Shown in pieces: positions 23,534 to 38,018 of a stretch of DNA of 64,000 bases (position 1 is the first letter of the stretch; each line of letters begins with the position of its first letter). The position numbers and the translations under genes were made by a program. The stretch comes from Azolla caroliniana. Taxonomy: Eukaryota > Plantae > Polypodiophyta. A model generated the notes under the pieces. It saw nothing but the letters and a program-made list of their open reading frames with translations, ran no database searches and was not told the DNA's origin. The DNA is taken from the NCBI GenBank assembly GCA_043228905.1, contig JBHGNT010000002.1:25172001-25236000 (forward strand), given 5' to 3'.

Positions 23534-26500
23534 TTATGTTTGGTCATCTTTGATAACATTGTTAGGGTCACTTAAGACATGCTTTGGTAGCTCATATTTT
23601 ACACCTACAGAAAGCAAGAAAGCTGTTTATGCAAAGCTCGGCTTGCTCAACAAAAAGACTTAAAGAGTAGAGAAATAACGGCTAAGGACCTGTTTCATCA
23701 TAGCATATGGACATATCATCCGAGGAGACAATGATGCCTGCACTATCTATAATAGCCTGTGCTAGTATTAGGTCGGCCTCTATAGCTGCCCGAAGAGCAT
23801 CCCATATTTCTGCATTACAAGTTTTTTATCAACCATGTGCCATTAGAAATTGCAACATAAGGAAAGAAAGTATGAATGAAGCAAGTTATTCAGAATGCAG
23901 AAGATTAAAATGTTTCGCATTTGATGTATTCATGGATTCAACAATTGGATTGAAACAAAGTTTTTATGTGCAGAGAGCCTTATACAGATACACACACAGG
24001 ATTGAACCTTTGATTTGTAGCACACTGCATCTACTACTAGAACTTAAAGTTTAGCACATCAAATAGAACAAATTTTCTGTGGAGGGTGGTCTATAAAATA
24101 CTTCTTTTAAATATAAATCTGAAATCACAAATTTTGTATCGAAGCAATAGCAGGAGCATGAGATCAAATTTTTACACCTTTCTGGCCCCCATAGTAAGGA
24201 GCAGTATCCCAAAACTCATCACGCATCTGCTTCAATTCTGATGCTGCAATTGGTTCAGGATGTTTCCATCGTTTTGGTTTTGACCACCTCTTTTTGTCAC
24301 CTATCACAAAACATTAACCATTAATGACCTACTAATGAACTCAAGTGCTTAGTCGAAAGATATACCTCAGGTTATTAAACATAGATGTGTGCGACATAGT
24401 CAAAATACAAGAGTATATGTTGAGGTTTAAATTTGCACTACTGTACATGCATCCAATTAACGTGCCTTTACTTTCTCATTTACATATATATTCACTCATT
24501 TCCATATAATACTAATGCTTGTATTTTCCACGGACCATATCAAGTCAACAGTTAATACAATTCTGATCAAATATGTATAAAAGCTTTAAGCCTAGAAACT
24601 GCCTATAACAGAATCTGCTTGAGGGTAGACACATCAGCTAGTGTTTTACCCTGATTGAACCCATCTAAAAGCACATCGTTACTTTTCCGACATCACATTA
24701 ACAATTCACTATTTTTCAGACTCGGATAGGTAACAAAAACATATGAGTGGATCTTGATTTTCCCTAGCACGTTCTTTACATCCTCAACTAACTCAGTTGA
24801 GTTACGATTGTAGCACTTGGTCCTTACAAAATCCATCTGCCATTACCTCAGGTTACCTCTTGCATTACTGAAATGCATTCAGTCTGTGATCATCCTTTCC
24901 TTGATTGACTATCTCCAAGGTCAATTCTATTTTCTCAAACCTCCTCTCCATGTTCTGAGAAATACAACTGAAGACAAATAGCAGAAACTTTGAAATCTCC
25001 ACCACCACCACAAATGAGTTTTGATTTGTTTGTCATGACGGCAGCATCATGGATGAAAAAAAATGGTGTCATCATCGTGTGATAATAAAGAAAGTTTAAT
25101 AATTGTTTCGCCTTGAACTTGGTGGTAAGCAACATTATCTGGATTCAGAAATGGAATATTTTGAGCTCGACAAATGCACCATCACAACTATACACTGATT
25201 TTGCGATAAAAATAAGCAAGATGCCTAAATGTAATACATGTTTGACTTGTGTACATTCTGTGTTGCTTCTTAAGCAGCCAAAGATATGTAGTGCTTGCTC
25301 CTAATGCTTTCGACCATTTCAAAATGCAGATAATTCTTCTTTCATCTTGTGGGTATACGCAACTACATCATTCTACAAGCACTCCTTGCTCACCAATATT
25401 ACTTTTTAAGTTTTAAACCATGATGTATACACATCTACCTCGTGTGCAAGAACCCCTTGCTCATCAATATTACTTTTTAAGTTTTATGGAAGGGGTAATG
25501 GTTACCATTCAAAATAGTTCAATTTTAATATTGACATTGTTCCCTTGACTTTCCGTCCAAAACACATAATGAACAAAAACGACCACAGTCAATGAACAGT
25601 GCAGTGTATCCCATTGATCAACACAGGCCACTTGATTGTATTGAACATTGTGTTTTCCATCTTCTTTCCCTTGCAATTTTTAAATTCGTACATGAGTCCT
25701 ATAGCCCCTCTCTATTAGCCAAACATTGGCCATCATACTGCGATAATAAGTCTACGTTCAAACCGAAAATTGTTTTCTTATGAATTAAACTTCTTTCACC
25801 TTTATGGCTGTCATGTCTGCCTCCCATTCAAAACTCACTGTTTATATACAGAATTCAAGAGTTCAGAAATGCTTTTAAAACTAAATGTGATATCTATAAT
25901 TCTTCCACAAATTCTTATGAGTTATTCAAATGTAGAAGGTGGAGATATTGAAGAAGAGGCGGATGGTGAGAATGGGCTCCCCATTATCGAGTTTTTGTTC
26001 ACAAGAAACATAACTCTTACATGAAACATCCAGTTCTTTGTCGCTCAACTGATGAGCATTGCCTGAGGTGATGAAGGTGGAACAAGATTAGAGAACAATG
26101 AAATGGCAGTTACTACATTCAGATAATGAAAGACGAAAAGCTTTATTAATTTCAGGGGATCCAGATCTCATGAAGGCATTCATTAAACTAGGTGGACAAA
26201 TCTGCACCATTCCTTGGGTAACCTGTAGCCTGCCACATTAGCCAATTGTTGCAAATGGCCACACTTTTTCACCAAACCAACTAATATTGCCCTAATTAAT
26301 TTTTGAGATGTTTCCTCAAGACAGTGATCATTAGCTATTGGCCTTACCTCTTCTTTTCCCATGTCTATTGCCACACCCTTCCCTGTGTTGAGTACCAAAA
26401 AATATGAACAACTTAAAGTTGCAAGTTCTGCTTGATGCACTATGAAACAGTGAAAGCCAGGCTTCGAAACAACTAGAATACATCATATCACATCATTCTT

Positions 26501-27263
26501 CACTGTAGCAAATGAGGTCCGACCTAAAGGCACAAGAGAGACAACAATTTCGCCTGAAAAGAGCCTGAATTACTCATATTGAGCAGGAAGAGGGTTTATA
26601 TACAATATTCTGAACTCATAGAATCCATTCTATTCCATATCCATTTCTCAACCTAATTATTAATAATGGAAGGAAAGAAATATGCCACCATGCCACAAAA
26701 CGTTCTGACTTTATTGGATCCATTTTTTTCAATTGCCAATTTCTTCTCCTCTCAACCACGTATCCATATAAATCGAAAAGAGGTGTAACAAGTAAGCTCC
26801 ATGCTATAGAATATTCAAAGATTTAAGAATCCTTTTTTCCCCATGCCATAGAACATTCTAAACTTCTAGAATCAACAGCCAATTTCTCCTCCTCTCAGCT
26901 ACATATTCATATGAATGAGAAGTTTGGTACATATTACACCATTCCAGAATCCATAAGACAATCAAAGATTAAAAAATCTTTTTTCGTTTTTCCCAAATCC
27001 ATATATTATCTTCTTTACTACATATTTGTATTCAAATGGGAAGAGCTTTCATAAATAAGCCATCACGACATGGACCATTCTAAGCTTAAAGGAACCCAAA
27101 TATTTTTTCCACAGAAATTTTCCCTTCTCTCGACACAAAATCTAATTTTCATCAAAAATATCTAATCAGGAACATTATAACAAGAATCTGAATGGATGAA
27201 AGGAAATATGAATAAATTGACCACACCTTCCTTATCCTTTCTTGTTGATACACAGCATCCCAT
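23534..27263 (-). CDS. Ubiquitin domain-containing protein (UBTD1/2, DC-UbP N-terminal ubiquitin-binding domain type), 116 aa. Exons 27263-27227, 24300-24178, 23809-23690, 23604-23534
   Basis: Spliced 351 nt: MGCCVSTRKDKEGDKKRWSKPKRWKHPEPIAASELKQMRDEFWDTAPYYGGQKEIWDALRAAIEADLILAQAIIDSAGIIVSSDDMSICYDETGVKYELPKHVLSDPNNVIKDDQT*. RDEFWDTAP, GxxEIWDAL and CYDExGxxYELP are family motifs. All introns are GT-AG. Confidence 0.93.
24850..26500. mobile_element. Highly decayed retroelement-like insertion in UBTD intron 1
   Basis: Coding-like but stop-ridden sequence that inflates the intron. No clean motif was recognised. Confidence 0.25.
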
Positions 27264-27377
27264 AAATTCCAGAAAAACGAGGCAGAAAGGCTCAACCTCC
27301 AGGGCAGAGGCAGAAAAGCATTTGCGATCAAATGTGATATGATGAAGGAAACGAGTCGATCACGAAGAAGGAGAAGG

Positions 27378-27408
<31 letters not shown>

Positions 27409-27689
27409 AATGGGTCTATGAATTTAGACCCTCTCTCTATGTCTGTCTGTCTGTTGCAGGTGCCATGGCGTGGACATGTCCCCGAATAATAGAAGAGATA
27501 TACGTTTTCACGCGAAACCATCTCTCTGTCTCTCTCTTTCTCCTTCCCTCCTTCAGCTACACCAAGGATATATGTATGTACATATATATATCCATCTCTA
27601 TATTTGGAGGTGGATATATATATACATATATGTATGTATGTATATATTGTATGTATGTATGTATGTATGTAGGTCCATCTCTATATTTG

Positions 27690-30600
27690 GAGGTAAGAGG
27701 GATTGGGAGTCGGGACTCCACCACACACATGTGGGCGCACGGCAAGCTAAGTCTCGAGGGCCAAACCACCTCTCGCCTTGCCCTCAGACATACGTCTCTA
27801 ACAAACCAATTGTTGAGGCTCGCTCATGTCCTGTTCTCGCACCCGGCCTGTGCACACACACCTGTACAGGCAAGTGACTGAATCAACCCATCCATTTGCT
27901 AAGCCATCCGCCCCTCTGTTTCACTCATGTTTCATTTGCTACTCATGTTGAGGCTTAATGTATCGAGCAAGCGAGTGTTTACACCACCATGATGTGAACG
28001 TAGTATTTGGTCAAGATGGTGTTTTGTTCTTCTCTTTCCAAGGTACGTGTATGCAAGTTGTGTAGCTTGTAATGATGTGAAGTCATGGGGGGGGGGGGTG
28101 TAGACAATGAGGTTAATGTATATGACAATGAGAGTGAACCATTTGTCTTAGAAACCTATTTGGGGGGTTGCATATAAATAAGATATGTTAAGTATAACAT
28201 TGGGTCCCAACATATGGAAGGGTATTTTTTGGGGGTTTCACATGTTTTATTCATAGAGAACTTTATATTTAAGGAAGGTTTTAAATAAATAGGCCATGAA
28301 AGCACTTGATATTAAGACTACATGTTGGACAACCTTACGATAATGGATATAACCTCGTATTTAAAGAGTACAAAAACACAAGGAGGATATATCAATCATT
28401 CATGTTGTTATAGTGTCTTGGAGACCAAACACAAGGAAGGCCTTATGTGGGACTATTTATGCCATACTTAAGCTTATGCACAAGCTTTCATAAGTTCGTA
28501 ATGGAATATTTGGTTTTTGAAGAAGTTTATTGTATGGACAATGTCATAAGATGTACGAACAATGTTCTCATGATAGGACAATGATATTGCCGAGTGTTGT
28601 ATACACTCTAATCGATTATCTTTTCTAGGAATTGTAAGAATATGTTCAAGCTCTAAAATATTACAATCTTGAACATACTAATGATCAATGAAGACAACTC
28701 CATGCATATCACATGTATGAGTATTGGAAGAGTAGTGCCATAAGTGAAAAATATGAGACTTATACAAAGATTTACGAGTAATAGTTATTGTGGCCAAAGA
28801 ATATATTAAAGTGTGCGGGCATAACGTTGATGGGTATATCCAAATTATGACATGGAGTAGGTGTGGACATATACATGTGACAAATAGGTGAAAATATACA
28901 TATAACTATGTTTACCATTTTTATTCCCAAACTCCTTTAACATGGACTATGCATCTTGTATGATGAGGATGATGGTTGGAATCATATTAAAATGAATGTG
29001 ATATTCATAAAAATATGACATGTTGTTAACTTCATGGTTACTATTCCAAGCTTCAAATTTCTTCGGAGTTGTTTAACTTACAAACCTTAGTATGAACTTA
29101 CATATATTCACATTCATTTGAAATAACCAATTGAAAAGAGACTCGCAACATTGGTAATTGAAGCGTGTTTTATATGTTGATGAATTTGTTTTGCTTAGAA
29201 CATGGATATATGCAAATTTGCAATTGATTCAAAGCGTAGATAAATGTGATTATTTAGATTATGGATTATCTACCAGAAAACATCTTACTAGACACAGGCT
29301 TATCGATTATGACCTTTTGAAAGCTTCACGAATCAATATGCTTAATGCATCTAGTTACACATGCATATTTTATATGTGGAGGCGAATGTTCATATTCAAA
29401 ACTACTTTGGTAAACATATATTCTGAAGTAGTTGGCTTAACCACATATTTCAAAAGGGGTTTCTTCTCGTCACAATCATAAATCCACAGTTGTTGAAAAT
29501 TGCATTATATAATAATAACATAAGAATAATCCTATGACTTTCAGATAAATGCTCCAATCCATCACTATAATAACATGTACATATGCATAAGATATATAAC
29601 AGGAAATAAAACTAGAAATTACATGGACACACTACTTCGATAAGAAACTTAACTCATCAAACTTCTCAAGCATCTCCATCTCAAGTGCAATATTGATTTC
29701 AAACTATTCTCTTAATCTCGTAGATGAAGAAGCCTTCACAAAGTCCATTGGGAGACAAGTTGTTTTTGTGTTTGTGATTAATTCCATCTCTCCCTCATAC
29801 AAACCCAAAAAAAAACTCATGTGGACCTTAGAACTTGTTCTCCCTACAAGCCAACACAAAGTTATAGTTAAACATGAGTTCTTAGCATCTACCTATGACA
29901 TTTTTAATAAACACCATGTTTTTTCCTATTATATCTATTATTATGAGCTTGATACAAGACAAATAACTTCAATTACATGAATGACCACAATAGTACTAAT
30001 TGCAACGTTATTGTAGCACTGCTAATTATTTCTTGAGTAACTTCCTAATCAACGAGTAAAGATATATGTACATGCATCATTTATTACCAGTGAACAATTG
30101 AGTTTGTGGAAGCTTGATGATCTCCAAATATGAATTTCAAAGGTCGCAAGGGATGGTATATTGGCATTTAAAAAAAAAAATTGAGATAGCATACATATTA
30201 CATACAATGATATTTGTTTAAAATATTGAAGATCGTGTAAAGATTCTATATTTCATGATAAAAAGCTTGAAGATGATCCTCTTGCTTTTCACATAAACAG
30301 TTATGCACATGTAACTATGCACGTCAACAAGAACCAATTCGAAGCTTGTGAGTAAATTTAATGGCATAGAATATCCATGATCATAATATTGAGATATTAC
30401 ATTGAGCGTGTTAACCTTGATAGCAATGTGTCAATTATTTGTTTATCACCATGACCATGATTTGTTATGTAATTGAGGGTGATAAAATTTTAATGGTATG
30501 CAATAGTCAGATAATTTCAAAGTCATATATATTAAGATTCGTGGAGAAAAGGGTTTGAAGGTAGGAAGGACTCATCTCGATGAAAAAAGTACCAAGGATC

Positions 30601-30704
30601 GAAAAACAACCCTTAACAATCATAATGACTTGGCTCAAGTGGCTAGTTGACAAAAAACATGTCTTCGAAAAACGGTTTTTTTACACGTATATATTTAGAG
30701 AGAT
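27690..30704. mobile_element. Decayed transposon-like block; possible Helitron-type 5' end on the minus strand at 30703 (A|TCTCTCTAAATATATACG)
   Basis: No intact ORF and degenerate coding-like sequence. The terminus motif is the only positive signal. Confidence 0.25.
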
Positions 30705-31477
30705 ATTCCTTTCAATTGTGTTATGGATTAACATAAGTAAAGTGGCATGTCATCTCTAATGATCTGGTCGTCTATCACACATCGATTTGTAGCTGAAAAC
30801 CATCAGCCCTTTTGTCATTGCATACATCCAACGAAATCACGCTCCCTTCAAAAAGGAGTGCTAATGGTAAAAAAAAAAAAACAAAAACAAATAAAAAAAC
30901 CCCACCAAACCCTTCCAGTATAGAACGCCGAGGGTTTGGCACGAGCATGAAGCTTCCGAGAGATGGGCATCCTAATACAAACAAAACAACGTCTTAGAAA
31001 AAAGGAAGCGGGGGGGCAATCGGGGCAGATAGAAACAGAAGAATTATTAGAGAAGAAGCGGGAGATTTAGCAAATCGGTGAAGAACTGTGATATTGTGTT
31101 TTGATGGACACCCCCCCCCAACCAAGAAAGCTAAGTGTAAGTTTGTAGACAATAGCAGTCAAGTCAAGTCTGGAAGCCAATGAGGAGGAGAAAGGAAAGG
31201 ATAAAGAGGGCAATTGTTTTGCTATTTTGGGAAAGTCGCCCAACAAAGGGCAGTTTTGTAATTTTCATAAACCATACCATTTTTAATTAGCCTTTATTTA
31301 TTTATTTATTTATTCATTTATTTGTTTTGCGTTTCTATTGCTCCCTTTTCCCGTTTTTATTTATGAAACGCAAACGGAAAAAGCAGACACGAAAAAGCAG
31401 ATAAATCTCTAGCGATAAAAAGGCGACTGACGACGACGACATGCTTCAGTAGGCCTTCTCTGCATGTCTGTGTCAGG

Positions 31478-31760
31478 ATTAGGGTTTGGCATATACAGTG
31501 TACGCGGAGAAGAAGACCCGCAGGTTAGGGTTAGGTTTCTCTTGAGTACCTGGTGATCCGGGGCTTTGTTTATTCAAAACCTGCGATTTACGGTTAGGGT
31601 TTGTTGCAGACCGGCGAGATAGACCTAGATTAAGTTAAGGTTAAGGATCAGGAGTAGGGTTAGGGTTGGTATTTGTGCTGAAAGAGTTTTTGGGATCCAT
31701 CAAAAGTAGATCCATAAATAGGTTACGGTTTTAGGGACAGATCTAGATTTGGGTTAGGAT
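31478..31760 (+). promoter_or_regulatory. Cluster of telo-box-like (TAGGGTT/AAACCCTA) motifs in the Sec61a 5' leader region
   Basis: At least five TTAGGGTT/TAGGGTT motifs. Telo-boxes are established as enriched in plant translation-related gene leaders. Confidence 0.55.
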
Positions 31761-31906
31761 TTGCACAGAAGACCTGTGCTTTGATCCATCATCAAAATAT
31801 CCGAATTAAGGTTTGGTTCAGGGTCTATTTCGCAGGGAGTTTCAGAATCTGGGTTCAGAGTTGGCTTCGCAGGCCTAGATTTATATTAAAGAAACAGAGT
31901 AAAATC

Positions 31907-34900
31907 ATGGGAGGAGGTTTTCGTGTCCTTCATCTCGTCCGTCCATTCCTATCTGTTCTTCCTGAGGTTCAGACAGCAGATCGAAGAATTCCCTTCCGCG
32001 AGAAGGTGTTATATACAGTTGTCTCACTCTTTGTGTTCCTTGTATGTAGCCAACTTCCTCTCTATGGGATACATTCGGCCACAGGATCAGACCCTTTTTA
32101 TTGGATGCGTGTGATTCTTGCATCTAATCGAGGTACCCTTATGGAGCTCGGCATCACTCCAATTGTTACCTCAGGCCTCGTTATGCAACTCCTTGCAGGG
32201 TCGAAGATCATTGAGGTCGATAACAATGTCAGGGAGGACCGCGCCCTTTTGTAAGCCTTTCAAACTATGCCATGCTTATGTCATTGGATGGAAATTTGTG
32301 TATAGTTTCATCTCCTTATTCTTTGTTGCAGAGATGGGTAATAAATTGTTTTGTGTACATGGAAATTGTCAATGAATTTGTGGGAAAAAACTTTGTTTGT
32401 ATGGTAGTTGTCAATGAATTCACTGGAAAAGTTTCTGTTTGTGTACATGTGGGAAAATATTGTTCTCCCACACAATAATTGTGAATGGATTTGTCTTTTT
32501 TCATATTTGTGAGGATGGATAAAGACGATTTTTGCATATATGGTAATTATGACTAGGTGTGTAAAACCATTTGTTGTACATGGCGATTGTGAATTTATTG
32601 TTATTGGGAATGCATGTATCATTCTTCTAGTGTATAAATTTTGTACTCATGGTTCAATGCTATATTTATTTCTCACAGAAATGGTGCTCAAAAGCTTTTA
32701 GGTGTTATGATCACCATTGGTGAGGCTGTTGCCTATGTGCTTTCTGGAATGTATGGAGATGTGAGAGATCTGGGTGCTGGCAATGCAATACTAATAATAA
32801 TTCAGTTATTTTTTGCTGGCATAATTGTCATTTGTCTGGATGAGCTTTTGCAAAAGGGCTATGGATTGGGTTCAGGCATCTCCTTGTTTATTGCAACAAA
32901 TATTTGGTAAGCTTAATCGCACATAGTACATTTAAACAATGGAAACTGTGATTAAAGCACTCAACAAATTTCAAATTTTATTTATTTATTTTTGTTTCTG
33001 CTTCTGAATTTTCTTCTCATTCAATCTGCCTAAAGAAAAATTCAATATACTTTAAAGTGAAAACAAATACAATTTTTATGATTTAGCATTTTGAGTGGTT
33101 TTAACCCAATCTGATGGTTTTTCTGCACACTTTTGACAGTGAAAACATCATTTGGAAGGCGTTTAGTCCAACAACAATCAACAGTGGTAGGGGTGCTGAG
33201 TTTGAAGGAGCAGTCATAGCCTTATTTCACCTGTTGATAACACGAACAAACAAAGTTGGAGCTCTTAGAGAAGCATTTTACCGACAAAACCTTCCAAATG
33301 TCACAAATCTGCTAGCTACTGTGCTTGTTTTCCTTATTGTTATTTACTTTCAAGGCTTCCGAGTCGTTCTTCCTGTTCGATCAAAAAATGCCCGTGGTCA
33401 ACAAGGTTCCTATCCTATTAAGCTTTTTTATACTTCCAACATGCCAATCATCTTGCAATCAGCTTTGGTCTCAAACCTTTACTTTATCTCACAGGTAAAA
33501 TCATTTAGGGGAATTCTACCTAAATACCCTTATAATTTTTTGAAATACTGAAAATACATTCTCTCTATAATCTCTACAGTTTTTCTTTCTCCCTCTACAA
33601 TTTCTCTAAGGGGAGATAAGAAAGAGAGAGCAATTGTAGGGATGGAAATGAGAGAGAAATTGTAGGAATGGAGATGTGAGAGAGAGATTGTAGATACAGA
33701 AATTGTAAAGAGAGAACTTTGAAAATAATACTAGGCGTGTTTTTGAGAATATTGACAAAAATGAGGGGTGTTTTGATAAGTTTCAATGAACTTCAGTTAA
33801 TCAATGCTGTATTCTTTCCACTTTGTTTGTGCAAATTATGTTCTCGATTTTATTGTAACATTGTTGTTTTATACTACAGCTTCTCTTCAAGAAATATAGC
33901 AACAACATTCTTGTGAATCTACTTGGAAAGTGGAAAGAATCCGAGTACTCTTCAAGTGGTCAGCTTATCCCTGTTGGGGGTCTAGTATATTACATCACGC
34001 CTCCGTCAAGGTACTACATTTAGTTGCCATGTTTTTCAGTAATTGTATCCATTTGGTGAAATATTTAGGTTGATTAACCTGTGATTGGTACATAATGCCA
34101 GACTACTTATCAAATGTGATATGTTTTTGCAGTTTGGCTGATATGGCGGCCAATCCATTTCATGCTCTGTTTTATCTAATCTTCATGCTTTCAGCATGTG
34201 CATTATTTTCAAAGACATGGATCGAAGTCTCTGGTTCGTCGGCTCGAGATGTTGCAAAACAACTGAAGGTAGTTATATGAGATACATACACAATAAGTAT
34301 GATGCATTTTAGAAATTCTAATTTAAATAGGAAACTCTTGATGGCAGGGCAGAATGACAAATTTCTTTTGTTAAAAGTGATACCATAATAGTCATGTTAT
34401 CATTAATGCATGCATGCTTTGTGAAACCTGCGTATGTTTAGTAAATTTCTCATCATTTCTAGAGAAAAGGGAAAATCATCTATTTTTGGGTAAATTTTCA
34501 CAAACGTCATAAAGTTTGACTATGTTTTATTGGTGTAAAGTTGAGCTTTCTTTCTGGTATATTATTGAAAGCTTATGTAGATGTGCAATATGGGAGCAAA
34601 TATATGATTTATTTTGAAGTATGAGTGGATTGCCTTTGTGTTGACTGTTATTTTTTGTTGTTTTTGTAGGAACAACAAATGGTGATGCCGGGACATAGAG
34701 AATCAAACCTGCAGAAAGAACTTAATCGATATATTCCTACGGCTGCAGCATTTGGTGGCATGTGTATTGGTGCTCTAACTGTTGTAGCAGATTTCATGGG
34801 TGCCATTGGATCAGGCACTGGGATACTACTGGCAGTTACCATTATCTATCAGTATTTTGAGACATTTGAGAAAGAAAGAGCTAGTGAACTTGGTTTCTTT

Positions 34901-34909
34901 GGTTTCTAG
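31907..34909 (+). CDS. SEC61A: Protein transport protein Sec61 subunit alpha, 477 aa. Exons 31907-32250, 32679-32906, 33140-33494, 33880-34010, 34133-34268, 34670-34909
   Basis: [15 protein letters not shown]...[19 protein letters not shown]...[17 protein letters not shown]...[19 protein letters not shown]...[33 protein letters not shown]. Spliced length 1434 nt. Confidence 0.98.
33505..33785. mobile_element. Degenerate fold-back MITE-like insertion in Sec61a intron 3
   Basis: Imperfect inverted ends (GAATTCTACCTAAATACCCT vs AGGGGTGTTTTGATAAGTTTC) and internal inverted TCTCTACAATT/AATTGTAG motifs. Similar ends occur at about 4460 and 49385. Confidence 0.4.
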
Positions 34910-36599
34910 CCTTGTTTTCCCTTTTTGGTGTAAACACACCTTTTCCATATCTCCTTATTCTGTTGTATTGCTTAGGAAACAACATGCCCAAGGTTGGAAA
35001 ATTTGAAGCAAAAAAGCGTGAACAGTTTTGTAGGAAATTTGAAGCTAGAAAAATCTGTGATTCTGTGTTTTTAATACAGTGAAAAATTGAGTTTTGTATT
35101 AATCAATTTGAGTTAATACGAAATATTTGTTCAGATGCAATCTTGATGATGACTTAACTAAAATCAATTCATTGTTGATGCTAAATGTGGTCACATGGGC
35201 TTTGTGGCCTCTGCCTCGTTCAATTAATTCTTATGACTGTAAGCGGAATTCTTTTTTTAATTCAAGTTTATGTACCTTTTCTAACCTGATCAAAGTAAAA
35301 GTAAGCTGTAATTAATGCTTCTGTGTATGTATGGTTGGTAATCTTGGGGCTGTATTTCAATGTCTAAAGAAGTCTTTCTTTGTTAATTGATGATGTGATT
35401 TCAATGCTTTTGATTTTTTTTAATCAAAATAAATGTCTTGCCATCAGTTGATGGTGTGTTTTCAACGCATTTGATTGCTCCAATCAAAATGTCTTACCAT
35501 TGGGTTCGTTTATTTTTTCTTTGATGTTTTGGTTATTTGATCAATGTAGCGGATATATGTGCGCGTGGTTGATTGTTGAATCAGAGTTGATTGGTTGTCT
35601 GATCAGTATATTCACTATATATGCTTTAGGTGATTGATTGCTGATTGGTCGATGACTTGATGATTTCTGTTTCTACAGATTTCTGAACATGCGAAAGTGA
35701 TGTTTTATCATCATGTTTAATTGTTAAATTGCCCACTCATTGTTTTCCACACTTCTGATTGTGTTTTACACCACAAAGTCTTGCCACGAAGGTGTGCCAT
35801 GGAAGGCATTTCGAATGTTTTGATCAAAAGTCACTTCGTTTTGATGATTCTCAAACTTTTGTGGATGCTGGATTCATGTGTGATTCCTGAAGTTTGCAAT
35901 GATTTTACATGCATGATTGTTTTGCGAGTTCATTAACTGTATCTCATAGAGATTTCCATATTGTAACAAACCTAGATTTGTAACAAGAAGCCCTTCTTTC
36001 TATTAGGAAGCCATTTTTTGCATATGCTATAGTTGTAGGCTATGCCATTGGGTTGTTGTGGGGTGTTCTTTTGCTTATTGAAAACTAGGAGAAGTTTCGG
36101 TCATTCTTTTATCTTTTCGATATCCAACTAATTCAGATCTTGAAATATTATTTTTCTTGGATATGGCTTTCAAGCATTCATTGACAAAGCCCCTACCTAC
36201 AAAGAAAAATACCCTCGTTATTTCTTTATTTTCCTTGAAGTGTTCTAATGTTATAAAATGTAAAATGTTTATGCTTTGCTTTGATTCATTATGCTTCGGA
36301 AAGAAGCTTGGGTTAACGCTGATATAAGACAATCTATTAAGCTTGATGAATCAATATTTGAAATGGGCACGAATCTGACATGGAATTGTATACAATACGA
36401 GTCTTAGTAGTACAAATAGAACAATGATTAATGAGGAGCATGTGTTGTTGTACATCTTTCTAAATGTACACTATCTTGATAATAACTGGAGTTGTAAATG
36501 GATTTCCATTGGTAAAATATGTGATCTCAAAAGGAATAATGAGCAGATAGATAAATAAATAATTGAGTTCCACTATAGTTTCACGCAAGTGATATTGAT

Positions 36600-37660
36600 G
36601 TTGTCAAAGGCAAGTGTTGGGAAAGTGTCACGGGTCTAGACTCCAGTAGTGCACATGCTTTCTGAACTTGAACTTGAACCATGGGTGTGATAGATAGAAA
36701 ATTGTAATGGACCTTTATAAAAATGGTAATGGGGTTAATGGCCCACAGGATTGGTAAAGTGGTGACACCTCTAAAAGGTTGATGTTGAATGGGGCAATTT
36801 GCAAGCAAGGGAACAACAATTTTTTTGCATGGAATTCTAATTTCTTGCATGTTGGACGATTTTAGGTGCATTTTTGAGGGGCGCTTAACATTTTCTTTGG
36901 GTGCGCAGAATATTACTCCATGCATCATGCGTATGATGTAGGGAAGATAGAGAAAAGGCACAAAAATAAATGGATTAAATGAGCTTTATCATGAAACAAG
37001 GAACTCCCCACTAGAACCCACAATCAATCCTTTGCAGAAACTAGCAAAGTGAAAGCGATGGTGCGACCATGTTGGAATGGAAATTGGTTGAAGATATGTC
37101 GATATTTTCTTGAAATGCTTGAGTTATATGTTAGAGAACGGGCCAACTTGTGGGTAAATGTGGGCAATGGTAACAAATGGTGATTCAAGAATTTTGTTCA
37201 AACGAGGTGAATACATTTTGGGTAGAAATTCATATGTAAAAATGCTGACAATTGTTGATCTTGTTGTAATGGTTTGTACCACTTAGTATTCTCACACAAA
37301 CGTTAATTTTTTTTGACTTGAATGACCATGAACTTCATAGACTTGAACCTTCAACTAGAACTCCGCGCCACAATATTGCTAGGATCTACCGATGAAAACA
37401 CAAGCCGACGATAATCTTACAAAAGTTCTAACATGTTTTAACGACAACACCAATGATTCTTCAAATGCTCTAAGGGTTTAGTTCCATCTTTGTGAGCACC
37501 CTTCTTTCACACAAATCAGGGAAGATATGGTTACTTGCTCGTGATTATCCATCGTGTGTTTATTTGTTCCCGATGTGTTGTTGCGAGAACATGTAGTAAT
37601 GGTATCTGAGCCATTTCTCATCTTGGGGCTATTGGCATATTCAATTGGGGGGGCCTTAGT
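36600..37660 (-). mobile_element. Decayed LTR-retrotransposon pol/integrase-like remnant
   Basis: Weak, frameshifted resemblance only. Confidence 0.3.
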
Positions 37661-38018
37661 ATACATATAATAACAAGTGTTTATGGAATGATTGATACGT
37701 ATGAACTGAAGGGGGGTTGGTTACAAACAAAACACATAATCATTGGCAAGGAGGAGTGTCTTCTTCTTACCAATCCTAAAAGCAAAAAGCAAAAGGCATA
37801 AAAATTCAGCAACGCATTCCAAAAGAATTAGTCCCTCTAAATTAAGAGATCAAAACCAAGAAGCTAAGCTCACTAAACAAAGGGGAGGTTGTGTGTGTAT
37901 GTATATATATATCTATGTGTGTAGGTAGAGCCTAACTATAATTAGTTAGTATACAAGATTAGGCTAAATTTACATGATTAGCGTGGGGGATTGGTGATGT
38001 TTAAGTTACAGTGAATAT

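Noticed and set aside
23707-24054. 115-aa plus-strand ORF
   Set aside because: Antisense shadow of UBTD exon 3.
31781-31906. N-terminal extension of Sec61a in the ORF track
   Set aside because: It uses a TTG start; the conserved MGGGFR start is at 31907.
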